Shown here: one piece after another, positions 48,148 to 58,304 of the stretch | How the letters are laid out: the number at the start of each line of letters is the position of its first letter | How positions within the stretch are numbered: position 1 is the stretch's first letter | DNA from: a virus | Strand: one strand, 5' to 3' | IMG/VR virus record: IMGVR_UViG_3300036791_000379 | Coordinates: 5,021-69,020 of that record | Length of the DNA stretch: 64,000 nucleotides | The notes under the pieces: generated by a model | What the model saw: only the letters and a program-made list of their open reading frames with translations | Database searches by the model: none | What the model was told of the DNA's origin: nothing | Program-made: the position numbers and the translations under genes

Positions 48148-48799
48148 GGGCGGCCTCCACTTCGATCTTCATTCCCTTGGCGGTCAGCTCGTAGCCCGTG
48201 CCGTTGTGCTTGATGAAACCGCTCTTCTTGGCACGGTCGACGATGCCGCCCATGCTCTTTGATGACACGCCGTGCGCGACGGCGCGCGTTTTGATTTCGC
48301 CGAGGGGAAGCGCGCCTTCCGCCAGTACGCGACGCAGCACGATGTTGCCCGAGCCGGGTGCAGCGCGCCCCTTCGGCCCATGCCTGACAGGAGCCGTCAG
48401 CGCTGGTGCATTCGATGCGATCGGCTGCGCCTGCTGCATCCCTCCTCCGCGCAGATCGGCCATCGCCTTCGGCGTCAGCTCGTAGACGCCGCCTCCGTTG
48501 GACTTGACGATCTTCTTTTTCTTGAGGCCGTGCATCGTGCCGTAGATTTTCGCCTTCGACCGGCCGGTCGCTTGACACAGCGCGCTGATGTGTTGAGGCC
48601 CATTGGCGAGCAACGCGACGATCTGCATCTCGAATGTCGCGCCGTTGCCGTTCTTGGCAACTGGATGAGGTAGCGCCTTCCGGGGGCCGCTGAGACCCAG
48701 ATCGATCTTGACCACGCCATGCATCTCGTCGAGTCGCCGGAGCACCGTGCCCAGCGCGATCTCTTCGACTTCTAATTTAATTGGAAATGTTTTCGGCAT
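48140..48799 (-). CDS. protein with two winged-helix-like repeats
   Basis: two segments ending in G.YELT.K (GVYELTPK, GYELTAK). Confidence 0.55.
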   Translation of the reverse strand: MPKTFPIKLEVEEIALGTVLRRLDEMHGVVKIDLGLSGPRKALPHPVAKNGNGATFEMQIVALLANGPQHISALCQATGRSKAKIYGTMHGLKKKKIVKSNGGGVYELTPKAMADLRGGGMQQAQPIASNAPALTAPVRHGPKGRAAPGSGNIVLRRVLAEGALPLGEIKTRAVAHGVSSKSMGGIVDRAKKSGFIKHNGTGYELTAKGMKIEVEAAHG

Positions 48800-49119
48800 C
48801 GCTTGTCCCTCTGCTGTTGCAGCGTTTCAGTTTCAGGGGATGTGCCGATTGAAAGTCGCGAGCCGGCATTTGCCGCTGCTCACGTTCGCCCGTCACACAC
48901 ACATTCTTTTTTGCTTTTCGGACCCGGTTCGAGCCGGTTGGTGCATATGAATACGACGTTCCCTTACGGTTGTGTAGGCAAAATTTCGTTCTGATGGTAA
49001 AAACTTTGCCGGATGGGGACGACACACACCGCCCCATTGCCGACAACTTTTGGACCTGCACTTCGGGCGAAGATTTGTCTTCCGGTGTGCAGGTCCATCT
49101 TTTTTGCCGTGCTGCACGC

Positions 49120-49147
49120 AAAAAAATCCCCGCCCGAAGGCGGGGAT
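49120..49147 (-). terminator. intrinsic terminator of the tail operon
   Basis: minus strand ATCCCCGCC TTCG GGCGGGGAT TTTTTT. Confidence 0.85.
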
Positions 49148-49207
49148 CAAGGCCGGGAGAACTGGTCAGACTGGCCAGAATGGCCATGGCCAAAGTGGCC
49201 ACCACGT

Positions 49208-49414
49208 CTATTGCTTCTTCTGGTCCTTCAGGTCGAAACACTCCTTGGCCATGGTGGTGAGCAGGGCGTCCTTGCGCTCGACCGCCGCGCTGACCTCGCG
49301 CCACATCAAGATCGTGCTGGCCAAAAACAGCACGTTGAGGATGATGAGCGCGAGCACGAGCGGTTGATGCCGAAGCTCATGCACAATCGATCCTGCGACC
49401 CGGACGATCATCAC
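49208..49414 (-). CDS. small single-TM protein (possibly lysis-related)
   Basis: PLVLALIILNVLFLASTILMW followed by coiled coil. Confidence 0.5.
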   Translation of the reverse strand: MMIVRVAGSIVHELRHQPLVLALIILNVLFLASTILMWREVSAAVERKDALLTTMAKECFDLKDQKKQ

Positions 49415-49995
49415 ACGATACTCTTGCTGGCAGGCGCGCCCTCATCGACCTGATAGATGTGAAGACTCAGCGTCTGCGCATTGGCGAACGGAGCGCCCGC
49501 ACTGTTGCGTGGCGAGATCGCGATTGTCAGGGCTGCGACGTCGCCGCCGGGCGGAGCGCGTTGGGTCGCGCTCTCGATCCTGTGGCTGACGAACTGTGTC
49601 GCGTCGTTGCGCGCCTCGATGCGCAGCACACGACCGGGTAATGCTGCCGTCGTGAGCGTCGTCGAGATGTCGCTGTCGTCCTGATTGTTCTTGGCGATGA
49701 CAATTTGCGTCGCGGTGGCAGCGTCATCGTTATTCCAGCCGAGCTGACCGATGCTCTTCACAGCGGTGACGGCACCCGCGACCGCTTCGTAGCTGTCCGA
49801 CCACGCCTTTAATTCGGACGGCGCAGGCGGCGGCGGATCGGGCGGCACATAGGGATCGGGCACGCCGCCGTCATCGAGCCAGCGCTGATAGTCCTGCCAA
49901 TCGCGGTTGGCGTCGTCGTTCGGGATGTGCGTCATGTCGGCGGTGCGGATCACGACGGCATCGGTCTCGGTCAGTTGATAGTCGGCCATGTTCAT
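49411..49995 (-). CDS. tail fibre assembly/chaperone-like protein
   Basis: HIPNDDANRDWQDYQRWLDDGGVPDPY, downstream of the tail fibre. Confidence 0.65.
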   Translation of the reverse strand: MNMADYQLTETDAVVIRTADMTHIPNDDANRDWQDYQRWLDDGGVPDPYVPPDPPPPAPSELKAWSDSYEAVAGAVTAVKSIGQLGWNNDDAATATQIVIAKNNQDDSDISTTLTTAALPGRVLRIEARNDATQFVSHRIESATQRAPPGGDVAALTIAISPRNSAGAPFANAQTLSLHIYQVDEGAPASKSIV

Positions 49996-52619
49996 AGCCT
50001 CGCGTCGGCGACCCAATGCCACAGGCGGATCAGACCAGCGGCGGCTGCTCCTGCCGAATAGACCCGCGCGGCGATGCTGGAGGTAAAGTCCACAGTCGCC
50101 GCGAGGTCCACAGTGCCATAAGCATCGTAGACAAATCCAACCGCGCCGGTCTGCACCGAGTAAATCTTCAGCGACGGTGCCGAGCGCTTCTCCACTTTGA
50201 ACCGCACTGACTGACCAGCCTGAATTGCGGTCCCACTGAAGCCCCCACCTATCATCAAGACCTCACATCCGTTGTAGGATGCCGCACCGGACGCAGTCGT
50301 GTAATCGTAGCTCTTCTCCCAATGGCGCTTGCAGAGCGCCAGTTCCTGATCGAAGGGCCGGATCAGGCAGTTCGCGCGTGCAGAGCTTGGCACGTCGCTG
50401 CCGGGGGTGACGGTGACGCCCGTGATCTGCACCGTGTTGCTGACGCTGCCGAACCAATGCGTGTTCGCGCTGGTGCCGTAGAAATTCCCAGCCTGCCACG
50501 CATTCGGCGTGCCATAGAAGTTCGACCCGATGTCGAAACTGAAGTCGAACCACATGCCGACCGTCTTGTCGGTGGTCCACGTCCCCGCAGTGTCACCCCC
50601 CACTGTGATCGTCTTGTATTCCCACGTTGCTGCCGCGTTGACGGTGAAGTTCGCGACATAGCAGCGATTGCCAGCACCGTTGTGGATCGAGACGGACGCC
50701 GTGCCAGCGACGGTCGCAATAATCCAGAAGCCAATCGTGATCGCACGCGCGCCCGCAGCGCCCCAACCAAGCCGCGCCATGCGGTAGCCCTCGATTGGAT
50801 GCTGGATGATGGTGTAGTCGCCAGCCGCGACGCTCGCCATCGCCGTCGTCGCTTGCAGCGAGAAGCAGAACGGGTAGCCGCTGAACGGATTACCTGCGCT
50901 TTGAAACCCCCTGAAAACTCCCCCCGACGAACTCGTGAACAGGCACTGCCAGCCATCGACAATGTATTTTTGCAAAGCGCCTGACACGAGCGCAACTGAC
51001 GCCGTGCCGTTCTCCTGCGACACCTCCATCGCGCCGTTGATCTGCAAGCCGTTGAAGGCTTGGGCATCGAACGGCGCGGCGTAGATGTTGACGCGCGCAG
51101 TCTGCTGCTGCAACGAGTTGAGCGCCTGCGCCGCGTCGTAGCGCACCATGGCGTTGTAGGTGGCATTGACATCCGCCATGCTGGCGACCTGTTGCCACGC
51201 GCCCCATGCCGCGCCGACTTTCGAGCGCACATAGGTCGGACCGTTCGCGACTTCCAAACGTGTCGCGCGCTGGAACGTGTAATTCGCAGCGTCGGCATAC
51301 CCGACGATTTCGAGATACCAGTACCCGGTCAAGGCGATGGGCAGATTGACGCACGATGGATCGGCGGAGTAGGTGCCCGCCGCCGTCAGCGTGTTCAGAT
51401 CGGTTGCAGCCGAAAGCGCAATCGTCTGGTTGATGCCAAGGTTGCCGCGTGCGGTCGCCGGGACAGTTATCTCAATGAGATTGTTGTCGCCTGACATCAA
51501 GCGATGCCAGCTTCCCCATGTGCCGCTGTAGTTTCGGACATAGACCGTCGCGATGTTCGCCTCGTACATCGTCGCGCGCTGCATGACGAAACCGGAATTT
51601 TGCGTCAGCACTTCCAGATGCCAGAAGTGACCAGCGACCGGGACGTTCGTGCAAGCGTTGTCGGCGGTGATGTAGGTGCCGGGGTTCGTGATCGTGTTGA
51701 GATCAGAACCAGCCGCAATCACAATCTCTTGGCGGATGCCGAGATTGAGCCGCGAGGTCGGCACGTTCGCGACATCGGACAGATTGTTGGTCGAGAGCAT
51801 GTCGCCAGAGCCGGGACCGGACGGACCAGCCGGACCCGGTGGTCCCACCGGACCTTGAATGCCTTGGATGCCCTGAATGCCTTGCGGCCCACGGATGTTG
51901 CCGACCGGCGAGCCCCACGAGCTGCCGCTGTAGCTGTAGACATCGCCGTTCGTGGTGTTGAGATAGTTGTCTCCGGCGAGCACGCCGCTGATCGCGCCGG
52001 GAGCACCAGCGCCCTCGTACCAGAGCGTGCCGCGCACGCCTTGGATGCCCTGCGGACCCACGAGCGACGCGCCTGCGGGCCACGCGCCACCCGCCTTCGG
52101 ACCGAACAGGAAATGCGATGTGGTATTGATGAAGAAGTTGCCGTTGACGCCGACACCAGCAGTCGGATCGATGGCACCGTACAGCACCGTATTGCCGTCG
52201 ACGCCGGGGTTGCCCTGCACGCCCTGAATGCCTTGCGGACCCGGTACGCCCTGAATGCCTTGGATGCCCTGAATGCCCTGCGGACCGATGAGCGACGTGC
52301 CAGCAGGCCACGATCCTGCAGCCTTCGGACCGAACAGGAAATGATTGGCCGTGTTGATGTAGCTGTCGCCGTTGATGCCGATCTCAGGCGTCGGATTGCC
52401 GATGCCATAATGGATTTGATTGCCCGGCAGGCCCGGCGTCCCGGTCGGTCCCTGCGGACCCGGCGGTCCGATAGGACCCGGCACTTCCGAAGCCGGACCC
52501 GGCGGTCCCTGCTCCAGTTCCTGAATGACCTCGACCGCGAAGTCAGCGACGACGACGACAGGATCGCTGCCGGTGCTGTCCGTCGAGACGTCGGTGTCTT
52601 GGCTGATGTCGACCTTCAC
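49992..52619 (-). CDS. long tail fibre with collagen-like repeats, two knob-like repeats and C-terminal beta domain
   Basis: GPQGIQG runs; duplicated INT..HFLFGPKA..WPAG.SL; NNLSDVAN; two DLNT...G.Y...QRAT...YVR...W..W units. Confidence 0.85.
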   Translation of the reverse strand: MKVDISQDTDVSTDSTGSDPVVVVADFAVEVIQELEQGPPGPASEVPGPIGPPGPQGPTGTPGLPGNQIHYGIGNPTPEIGINGDSYINTANHFLFGPKAAGSWPAGTSLIGPQGIQGIQGIQGVPGPQGIQGVQGNPGVDGNTVLYGAIDPTAGVGVNGNFFINTTSHFLFGPKAGGAWPAGASLVGPQGIQGVRGTLWYEGAGAPGAISGVLAGDNYLNTTNGDVYSYSGSSWGSPVGNIRGPQGIQGIQGIQGPVGPPGPAGPSGPGSGDMLSTNNLSDVANVPTSRLNLGIRQEIVIAAGSDLNTITNPGTYITADNACTNVPVAGHFWHLEVLTQNSGFVMQRATMYEANIATVYVRNYSGTWGSWHRLMSGDNNLIEITVPATARGNLGINQTIALSAATDLNTLTAAGTYSADPSCVNLPIALTGYWYLEIVGYADAANYTFQRATRLEVANGPTYVRSKVGAAWGAWQQVASMADVNATYNAMVRYDAAQALNSLQQQTARVNIYAAPFDAQAFNGLQINGAMEVSQENGTASVALVSGALQKYIVDGWQCLFTSSSGGVFRGFQSAGNPFSGYPFCFSLQATTAMASVAAGDYTIIQHPIEGYRMARLGWGAAGARAITIGFWIIATVAGTASVSIHNGAGNRCYVANFTVNAAATWEYKTITVGGDTAGTWTTDKTVGMWFDFSFDIGSNFYGTPNAWQAGNFYGTSANTHWFGSVSNTVQITGVTVTPGSDVPSSARANCLIRPFDQELALCKRHWEKSYDYTTASGAASYNGCEVLMIGGGFSGTAIQAGQSVRFKVEKRSAPSLKIYSVQTGAVGFVYDAYGTVDLAATVDFTSSIAARVYSAGAAAAGLIRLWHWVADARL

Positions 52620-52966
52620 CGGCTCGCTCCCGGATTGTTGGTCAGCGTGCCCGACCAGATGCGATAGCGCTGCGTGGTGCCGGTGATGAAGCGGACCAGC
52701 GAGTGGTCGTAGTCGCCAAGGTCGAGGTGAACGAGCTGATCCTGCGTGATCTGCACGGTGAACTTGCCGTTGGTCGGATCAATGATGACGAGCGCGCCGT
52801 TCTCGGTGGTCAGCAGCAGCTCTTCGGCGGCATCCTGCGCATGCCTGCGCAGGCCCATCCGCAGCGTGTTGCCGGTCAGATCAATCGGCAAGCCATCGAC
52901 AGTCTGATAGGCGAACTGCCGATAGAAGTCGGCGTCGTTCTCGACGGTGATGTTGACGATGGCCAT
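52616..52966 (-). CDS. tail fibre-associated adaptor protein
   Basis: PIDLTGNTLRMGLR...IIDPTNGKFTVQI...GDYDH. Confidence 0.55.
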   Translation of the reverse strand: MAIVNITVENDADFYRQFAYQTVDGLPIDLTGNTLRMGLRRHAQDAAEELLLTTENGALVIIDPTNGKFTVQITQDQLVHLDLGDYDHSLVRFITGTTQRYRIWSGTLTNNPGASR

Positions 52967-52972
52967 TGCCGC

Positions 52973-53587
52973 TCACCAGTGCTTCGGCTCGTGGTCGAGG
53001 AATGTCTTGAACAGCGCGATGATCTGCTCGCGCTTGGTGATCTTGCCGCTCTTCAGTCCGCCGATGGCGTTGTTGTAGGCGGTGTAGCAAGCCTGCATGT
53101 GATCGGAGAGGCCGGTCGCCAGAACACTCTTAATCTCCGCGTTGGTCACCGCGTAGCCGACGCCGTCAGCGCCGAACCAGATCGTCGTGTATTGATTGTC
53201 GAGTTGTGCGCGGTTGGTTGCGATGTTGATCTCGGTGCGGTTGTACTGCGCCGTCATCACCGGGAAGCCGTTCGGTGCCGACACGGTCGCCGCCGACGTG
53301 AACCCGGCGTCAATCGCCAGATTGAGTTGGTTTCGCGCCGCATATTCCTGCGTGCAATAGATGCCGTAAGGCGTCAGCACGTCTTGCAGCGCCGCGTCGG
53401 TCTGGTTGCCAGCATTGTCGCGCGGCCATGCTGTCGCCGTGTAGCCGTTGCTGACCCAATCGGTGTAGCCCTGATCGCTGGTCGGGATTTGCGTTTGCGA
53501 TGCGCTCGAAAAAAGCCGTCCGTCGTCCGCCAACCAGTACCAGTTATAGGGATTGTAGGCGCTGCCGCCGATTGTACCATTAGACAT
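52973..53587 (-). CDS. tail fibre assembly-like protein
   Basis: follows the baseplate-proximal fibre; YNPYNWYW N-terminus. Confidence 0.55.
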   Translation of the reverse strand: MSNGTIGGSAYNPYNWYWLADDGRLFSSASQTQIPTSDQGYTDWVSNGYTATAWPRDNAGNQTDAALQDVLTPYGIYCTQEYAARNQLNLAIDAGFTSAATVSAPNGFPVMTAQYNRTEINIATNRAQLDNQYTTIWFGADGVGYAVTNAEIKSVLATGLSDHMQACYTAYNNAIGGLKSGKITKREQIIALFKTFLDHEPKHW

Positions 53588-54902
53588 AGACGCCTCCGTT
53601 CGAAGTCGCGCCAGCGATTGTGCCGGGGAAGGCATTGATGCCGCCGCCGTTGCTGTCGATCACCGAGTTGGTGGCCGATAGATATTTCTGTCCGGTGACA
53701 TTCGCGTAGCCGGTGATGCCGCCTTGGAAGGCCAAGCTGATATTCGATGCGGCGAGCGCAATGGCGAAATACGGAAGGGTGACCGCAGCGGGGATCGCCA
53801 GAGTCGGCAACTGCAAGCCATTGACGCCGACGTTGCCGTTGACGTTCGCATCGATCCAACCGCCGCCCTGAATTGGACCGCCCACCGAGCTGCCGACAAT
53901 CCGGTGAGCAGCGTACAAGCCGACCGTTGCCTTGCCGACGTAGAGCGAGTAGCCAAGGCACGCGCCCCAATCAATGTTGCGCAATGTGATGGTGCTGCTG
54001 GCGCTGAACTGCGCGCAATTACAGGTATCCGAGTTCACCGACTGACTGCCGGTCGAGATCAGCCGGAAGCCATCGACGGTTTGGACGCCGCAGTTGTAGC
54101 CGTTGCAGGCGGTGTGATTGACGCCGGTCACGACGACATTCTGAGGGTTACCGGAATTGCCCTGCCAAACGACTGCGCCGGACCCTGCGGGCGCTGGCAG
54201 CGTCCAGTTCGCATAGCCAGCGTAATCGGCGACATGCACGGTGACGCTGAAGCCGTTCAGGTTGAACTTGTTGATTTCGGTCGAGGCGCGCTGCAGCGTC
54301 TTGAACGGCCCCTTCACAGCGGAGACGAAGACCGCGCTGGTGCCGTCCCAAGCATCGTTGCCCGCGTTGCCGTCGACATAGTAGTCGCGCGATGCCGTCA
54401 GGTAGATCGGCGCACCCGCGACCGTGCCGCCCGACCACACAAGCTGGAAGGCCGCGCCATCGTAGACGAAGCAGCAAATCTGCCCGAGCCTCAACTCGCC
54501 GCCGACAATCGGTGAACCATCGATATGCACGATGGGCTTCGGTCCCATCGCGTTGACGTTCAGCACTGACGGCCCGGTGTTCGGGTTGCCGATCTTGGTG
54601 ATGACCGTCATGTATTTGAAGTACACTGACGGCGCGGGTGACTGCGTCACCTGATAGGCATTCGACGTGCCAGCGTCATCGTCCGAGATCAGCAACTGAC
54701 TCTGCACCGCCTTCGCGAGCTGCGACAGATCGCCGTCATCTGGCAGCGCGAGCCCGGCGTCGGCGATCAGCGCAACGATCTCGCGCTGCGGATACTCGAT
54801 GCTCTCGGCTGGCGGGATCGAGCCTGCGCGACCGACTGACGGATCGCCGTTGATGTACGGCGCGTTCGGATCGGTCACACCGTAAGGCTGATGATACTTC
54901 AT
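53580..54902 (-). CDS. baseplate-proximal tail fibre protein
   Basis: MKYHQPYG...IPPAESIEYPQREIV...DLSQLAKAV; YYVDG.AGND.WDG. Confidence 0.75.
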   Translation of the reverse strand: MKYHQPYGVTDPNAPYINGDPSVGRAGSIPPAESIEYPQREIVALIADAGLALPDDGDLSQLAKAVQSQLLISDDDAGTSNAYQVTQSPAPSVYFKYMTVITKIGNPNTGPSVLNVNAMGPKPIVHIDGSPIVGGELRLGQICCFVYDGAAFQLVWSGGTVAGAPIYLTASRDYYVDGNAGNDAWDGTSAVFVSAVKGPFKTLQRASTEINKFNLNGFSVTVHVADYAGYANWTLPAPAGSGAVVWQGNSGNPQNVVVTGVNHTACNGYNCGVQTVDGFRLISTGSQSVNSDTCNCAQFSASSTITLRNIDWGACLGYSLYVGKATVGLYAAHRIVGSSVGGPIQGGGWIDANVNGNVGVNGLQLPTLAIPAAVTLPYFAIALAASNISLAFQGGITGYANVTGQKYLSATNSVIDSNGGGINAFPGTIAGATSNGGVYV

Positions 54903-54918
54903 GGCGCGCGTTCCTCTT

Positions 54919-55710
54919 TCACGGCGTTCCTGCCATGGGGTCGTCGGGAATCGCGCCCGAGTAATCCCAGACAATTTGGGTGTGCGCTGGCTTCCAGCGG
55001 GCAATGATGCATTCGAGGTCCTGCGCGCGGCCGATGCGCAGATGAGGGTCGACGCCGGTCTGTCCGCCGCCGCCGCCGCAGCGGAACCACGTCAGGCTCG
55101 TCTTGTGGACATGCACCGTCCAGTAGAAGCGGTTGGTATCGGGACCGAGCCCGTAGTTCGGATACTCCGACAGCTCGCCGTTCTGAACGCGCTCGCCGTT
55201 GATGTCGTAGACCGGCAGATAGCCGCGCACGAAAGTGCCGGAGAACATCGGATTGGTGCCGTCACCGTAGACGCGGTTGTCGCCGCAACGATCGAGTCCG
55301 ACCATGAACGGCCGAAATTCGCTGATGGTGATCGAGTAACCGAGATAGGCCGCCGTATCGATGAAGAACTGCCGCGACTGACCACCCAGCATGGTCATGC
55401 GCAGCACCAGCTCCTTCTGGCGTTGGCCGATGGTCTGCGCCTGCGACCAGCAGGGATCAGGCAGTCCCCAGTTGCGCTCCCAGTCCGGCAGCAGCTCCAT
55501 CGTGATGCGCGGATCGCTCTCGATCTCCAGCAGGTCCGCCGCCCGGCCGTCGACAAAGCCCCAGTATTCGGCGAGGCCTCGACAGGTCAGGTCGAGCGTG
55601 GTGCCGGGATATTTCGGCCACGCCTGCCCCTGCGGCAGCAGCGCGAGGAAGGCGTTGCCGTAGTCGTCACCTGATCGTCGAACGTGGATATCGACGACGA
55701 CGTCCGTCAT
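54919..55710 (-). CDS. baseplate protein, Mu gp48/YmfQ (DUF2313)-like
   Basis: LALLPQGQAWP, ELLPDWERNWGLPD, KPAHT. Confidence 0.85.
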   Translation of the reverse strand: MTDVVVDIHVRRSGDDYGNAFLALLPQGQAWPKYPGTTLDLTCRGLAEYWGFVDGRAADLLEIESDPRITMELLPDWERNWGLPDPCWSQAQTIGQRQKELVLRMTMLGGQSRQFFIDTAAYLGYSITISEFRPFMVGLDRCGDNRVYGDGTNPMFSGTFVRGYLPVYDINGERVQNGELSEYPNYGLGPDTNRFYWTVHVHKTSLTWFRCGGGGGQTGVDPHLRIGRAQDLECIIARWKPAHTQIVWDYSGAIPDDPMAGTP

Positions 55711-56783
55711 GGCTCATCGAACAGGATGGTGCCGAGCACCGCCATGTAGCCCGGCGCTGGCATGACGTAGTCGCTGTCGGTGACGAGCTTGAACGAGATC
55801 ACGCCGGGCGCATTCATGATTGCGTAGGACACCCAAGCCGCGAAGATGGTCTGACCGGGGAACGCCATTTCGTGCAGCATCTCGCGCACGCTGGCCTCGA
55901 TCGCACCGGAGACCTCGGCGGTGTTCGGCACCAGATTGGCGATCTCGATGTCGATGAACTGCTTGATCGGCGCGACGACGTAGCAGTCTTTCACGGTCAC
56001 CGGCCGCATCTTGTCGACGTAGTCGGCGACGGCGGTGATGTCTTGCGGCTGCGGCCAGCCATCATCGTCGGCGTGCAGCTGATCCATCAGGAAGCGCACC
56101 GTCACGGTGCCGACGCCCATCTCGTTGGGATAGGCCCACGCCCGCGTCACGCCGGGGACTGCCAAGGCCCATGTGACGTAATCGCCCTGTGCGCCGCCCA
56201 TCGGTGGCTGCTGGATGCGCTGCAGGATTCTGGCGCGCAGATCGTCGTCGTTCTCGGTGTCGACGCCGCCGAGCATGCTGACGACGGTCGCCGTGCTGTC
56301 GACGCCGGGGATTGCCAGCGCCAGTGTGTCCCCGACATTCATGTTGCCGACGATGCCGGGATCGAGCGCGCGCACGGTGGTCTCGACTGGATTGCCACCT
56401 ATCGTGACATCGGCCGTCGTCTCGTAATCAGCGAGTGGTCCCGTCAGTTGTGTCCCGGTCGGAACGATGACGCCAACAGTCCCGGTGAATGTCGCCGAGC
56501 CCTGCGCGAACGTCGCTTGCTTGCGGCCTTTCGAGCCATCGGAATTGACCAGCCAGATTTGTCCGTGCCGATCTAGCCATTCAGTCTCGGCAGTGTCGGG
56601 CAGGAGCTGCAGCGCCAGCCAGTCGACATACTGCAGCGTCAAATGGCACAGGCCGCCCTGCGCATCGGAGAGCACGCGCAGGACTGAATTGGGGACACTC
56701 GCGTCCGCGCCGGGCAGCGTCGCACGAATGTTGTCGCGAACGAGGCCGCGCACCTCTTTGAGCGTTGGCGTTGACCATGGCAC
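55707..56783 (-). CDS. baseplate J / Mu gp47-like protein
   Basis: PDTAETEWLDRHG, GGVDTENDDDLRARI, PPMGGAQGDYVTWA..VPGVTRAW. Confidence 0.9.
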   Translation of the reverse strand: MPWSTPTLKEVRGLVRDNIRATLPGADASVPNSVLRVLSDAQGGLCHLTLQYVDWLALQLLPDTAETEWLDRHGQIWLVNSDGSKGRKQATFAQGSATFTGTVGVIVPTGTQLTGPLADYETTADVTIGGNPVETTVRALDPGIVGNMNVGDTLALAIPGVDSTATVVSMLGGVDTENDDDLRARILQRIQQPPMGGAQGDYVTWALAVPGVTRAWAYPNEMGVGTVTVRFLMDQLHADDDGWPQPQDITAVADYVDKMRPVTVKDCYVVAPIKQFIDIEIANLVPNTAEVSGAIEASVREMLHEMAFPGQTIFAAWVSYAIMNAPGVISFKLVTDSDYVMPAPGYMAVLGTILFDEP

Positions 56784-56786
56784 GGT

Positions 56787-57290
56787 TCAGGACCCCTCGA
56801 TCTCGTCCCATAGAATTTGAAAGCGCAGCTCGACCGGCGTCTTCGGTCCGCGATAAAGCACCACATAGGCGTCGATCCGCTCGACCCCGATACGCATCGC
56901 CTGCACGTCGAAACTGGAGACGATCATCAGATCGACGAAGGGCTGCAGCGCCTCGACGATGTACTGCTCGACACGGGCAACGGTCGCCCCTTCGGGGTCC
57001 TCCGGTCCGACGATCTTGCTTCGTCTCAATAGCCAGAGCCGCGTGCCGATCGGCCAGCCGTCGAACAGCTCTTGGGCGTCGAGATCACCCCACCAGCCGG
57101 CGCGATCCGTCGAGTCCGGGTCAGGCAAGATGTCATCGGGCTGCGCCAGCGCGTCGGTGCCGAGCGCGACGATCACCGCCGAGGCGAGCGCCTGCGTGTC
57201 GTCGAGCGTGCCATCCGGCAGCAGAGACCAGTCGACGCTGATCGAGTAACGCGGCCAGCGCGGGTCCTCGACGAGACGGATGTCAGGCAC
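56787..57290 (-). CDS. Mu gp46-like baseplate wedge protein
   Basis: AVIVALGTD, GWWGD, GTRLWLLRR. Confidence 0.85.
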   Translation of the reverse strand: MPDIRLVEDPRWPRYSISVDWSLLPDGTLDDTQALASAVIVALGTDALAQPDDILPDPDSTDRAGWWGDLDAQELFDGWPIGTRLWLLRRSKIVGPEDPEGATVARVEQYIVEALQPFVDLMIVSSFDVQAMRIGVERIDAYVVLYRGPKTPVELRFQILWDEIEGS

Positions 57291-58287
57291 GAGCGGCTTC
57301 CAGCTCGGCGACGCGCTGTTCGAGGGCAGCGATGCGCGCCAGCGGGTCCTCCAGCGGCTGACCGTCCATCGACGTCGGCGGTCCCGGCTTCGTCGCATTG
57401 ACCAATACCGCGCCGACGCCGCTCGTCTCCGTGGTCATGCCGACGCCGCCGCTGACGCCGTAGATCGGATGGTCGGAGTCTTCGGTGCCGAGATGAATCT
57501 CGCCGATGAAACACCACTTCTTCGATTGCTTGTCGTAGTAGCCGACGACACTGTCATCGCCGTCGCGAAACTCGATCCGCTTCTTGCTGACACGCATCTC
57601 GTTGTTGACGCTCTCGCCCTCGTGCTTGTAGTCCTGCTGCTGGCCACCGCTCTGACCGGACGTGCCGCCGCTGTCTCGCGCGCTCGGAGACGCCGAGCCG
57701 CCGCTGCTGCCGCCATCCTGCCCTTGTGCTGCACTGCCTCGCTTCGGGCGATCCTGTTTTTTCTTTTCGACGTGGCGCACGGACACGAAGCGCTCAGTGG
57801 TCTGACCGCTGCTGCCGCTTCCGCTGCTGCTCCCGTCACGCGATCCCGGAGTTGCCCCACCGCCGCCGCCCTGCTGCTGGCTGTCATCGGGATTGTCGAG
57901 CGAAAGGATATAGACCCCAGTGCGACGGATCAGCGTCATCTGGCCGAGATCGTCGTATTGCGAGTTCTCGCCCGGCTTCATGCTCATCGGCCGATAGCGG
58001 CGGTCATCCATCACACCGCAAAAATTCGACGTGCGGTTGCCGCCGAAATACGACATGAAGCCTTCGGCGCAATCCTCGATCTTGCCGTCCTTGCCCTTGG
58101 TCGCTGGCTTGACGACGCTGGAGAAGCCGTAGTTCTGCGGGCACTCGACGGCTTCCCGGCCCTCGCCCATCATTGCGCCCTTCATCTGCTGCATCATCTT
58201 GCCGTCGTCGATGGTGTCGATCAGGGCGCGAGCGCCACCGCTGGTGTAGCCGGTGAAACCTTGGGTCAACGGTGTCTGGCGATGCAT
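57283..58287 (-). CDS. Mu gp45-like baseplate spike/assembly protein
   Basis: IDDGKMMQ, VECPQNYGF, DDRRYRP..MKPGE..QYD. Confidence 0.8.
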   Translation of the reverse strand: MHRQTPLTQGFTGYTSGGARALIDTIDDGKMMQQMKGAMMGEGREAVECPQNYGFSSVVKPATKGKDGKIEDCAEGFMSYFGGNRTSNFCGVMDDRRYRPMSMKPGENSQYDDLGQMTLIRRTGVYILSLDNPDDSQQQGGGGGATPGSRDGSSSGSGSSGQTTERFVSVRHVEKKKQDRPKRGSAAQGQDGGSSGGSASPSARDSGGTSGQSGGQQQDYKHEGESVNNEMRVSKKRIEFRDGDDSVVGYYDKQSKKWCFIGEIHLGTEDSDHPIYGVSGGVGMTTETSGVGAVLVNATKPGPPTSMDGQPLEDPLARIAALEQRVAELEAARA

Positions 58288-58304
58288 GAGAACGTCTTCC
58301 TTTT

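Noticed and set aside
49208-49414. Definite holin/lysis cassette
   Set aside because: Only one small TM protein; no endolysin or spanin recognisable in the window.
49992-54902. Diversity-generating retroelement acting on the tail fibres
   Set aside because: No reverse transcriptase and no TR/VR pair with adenine-specific mismatches; the internal duplications are coding repeats.
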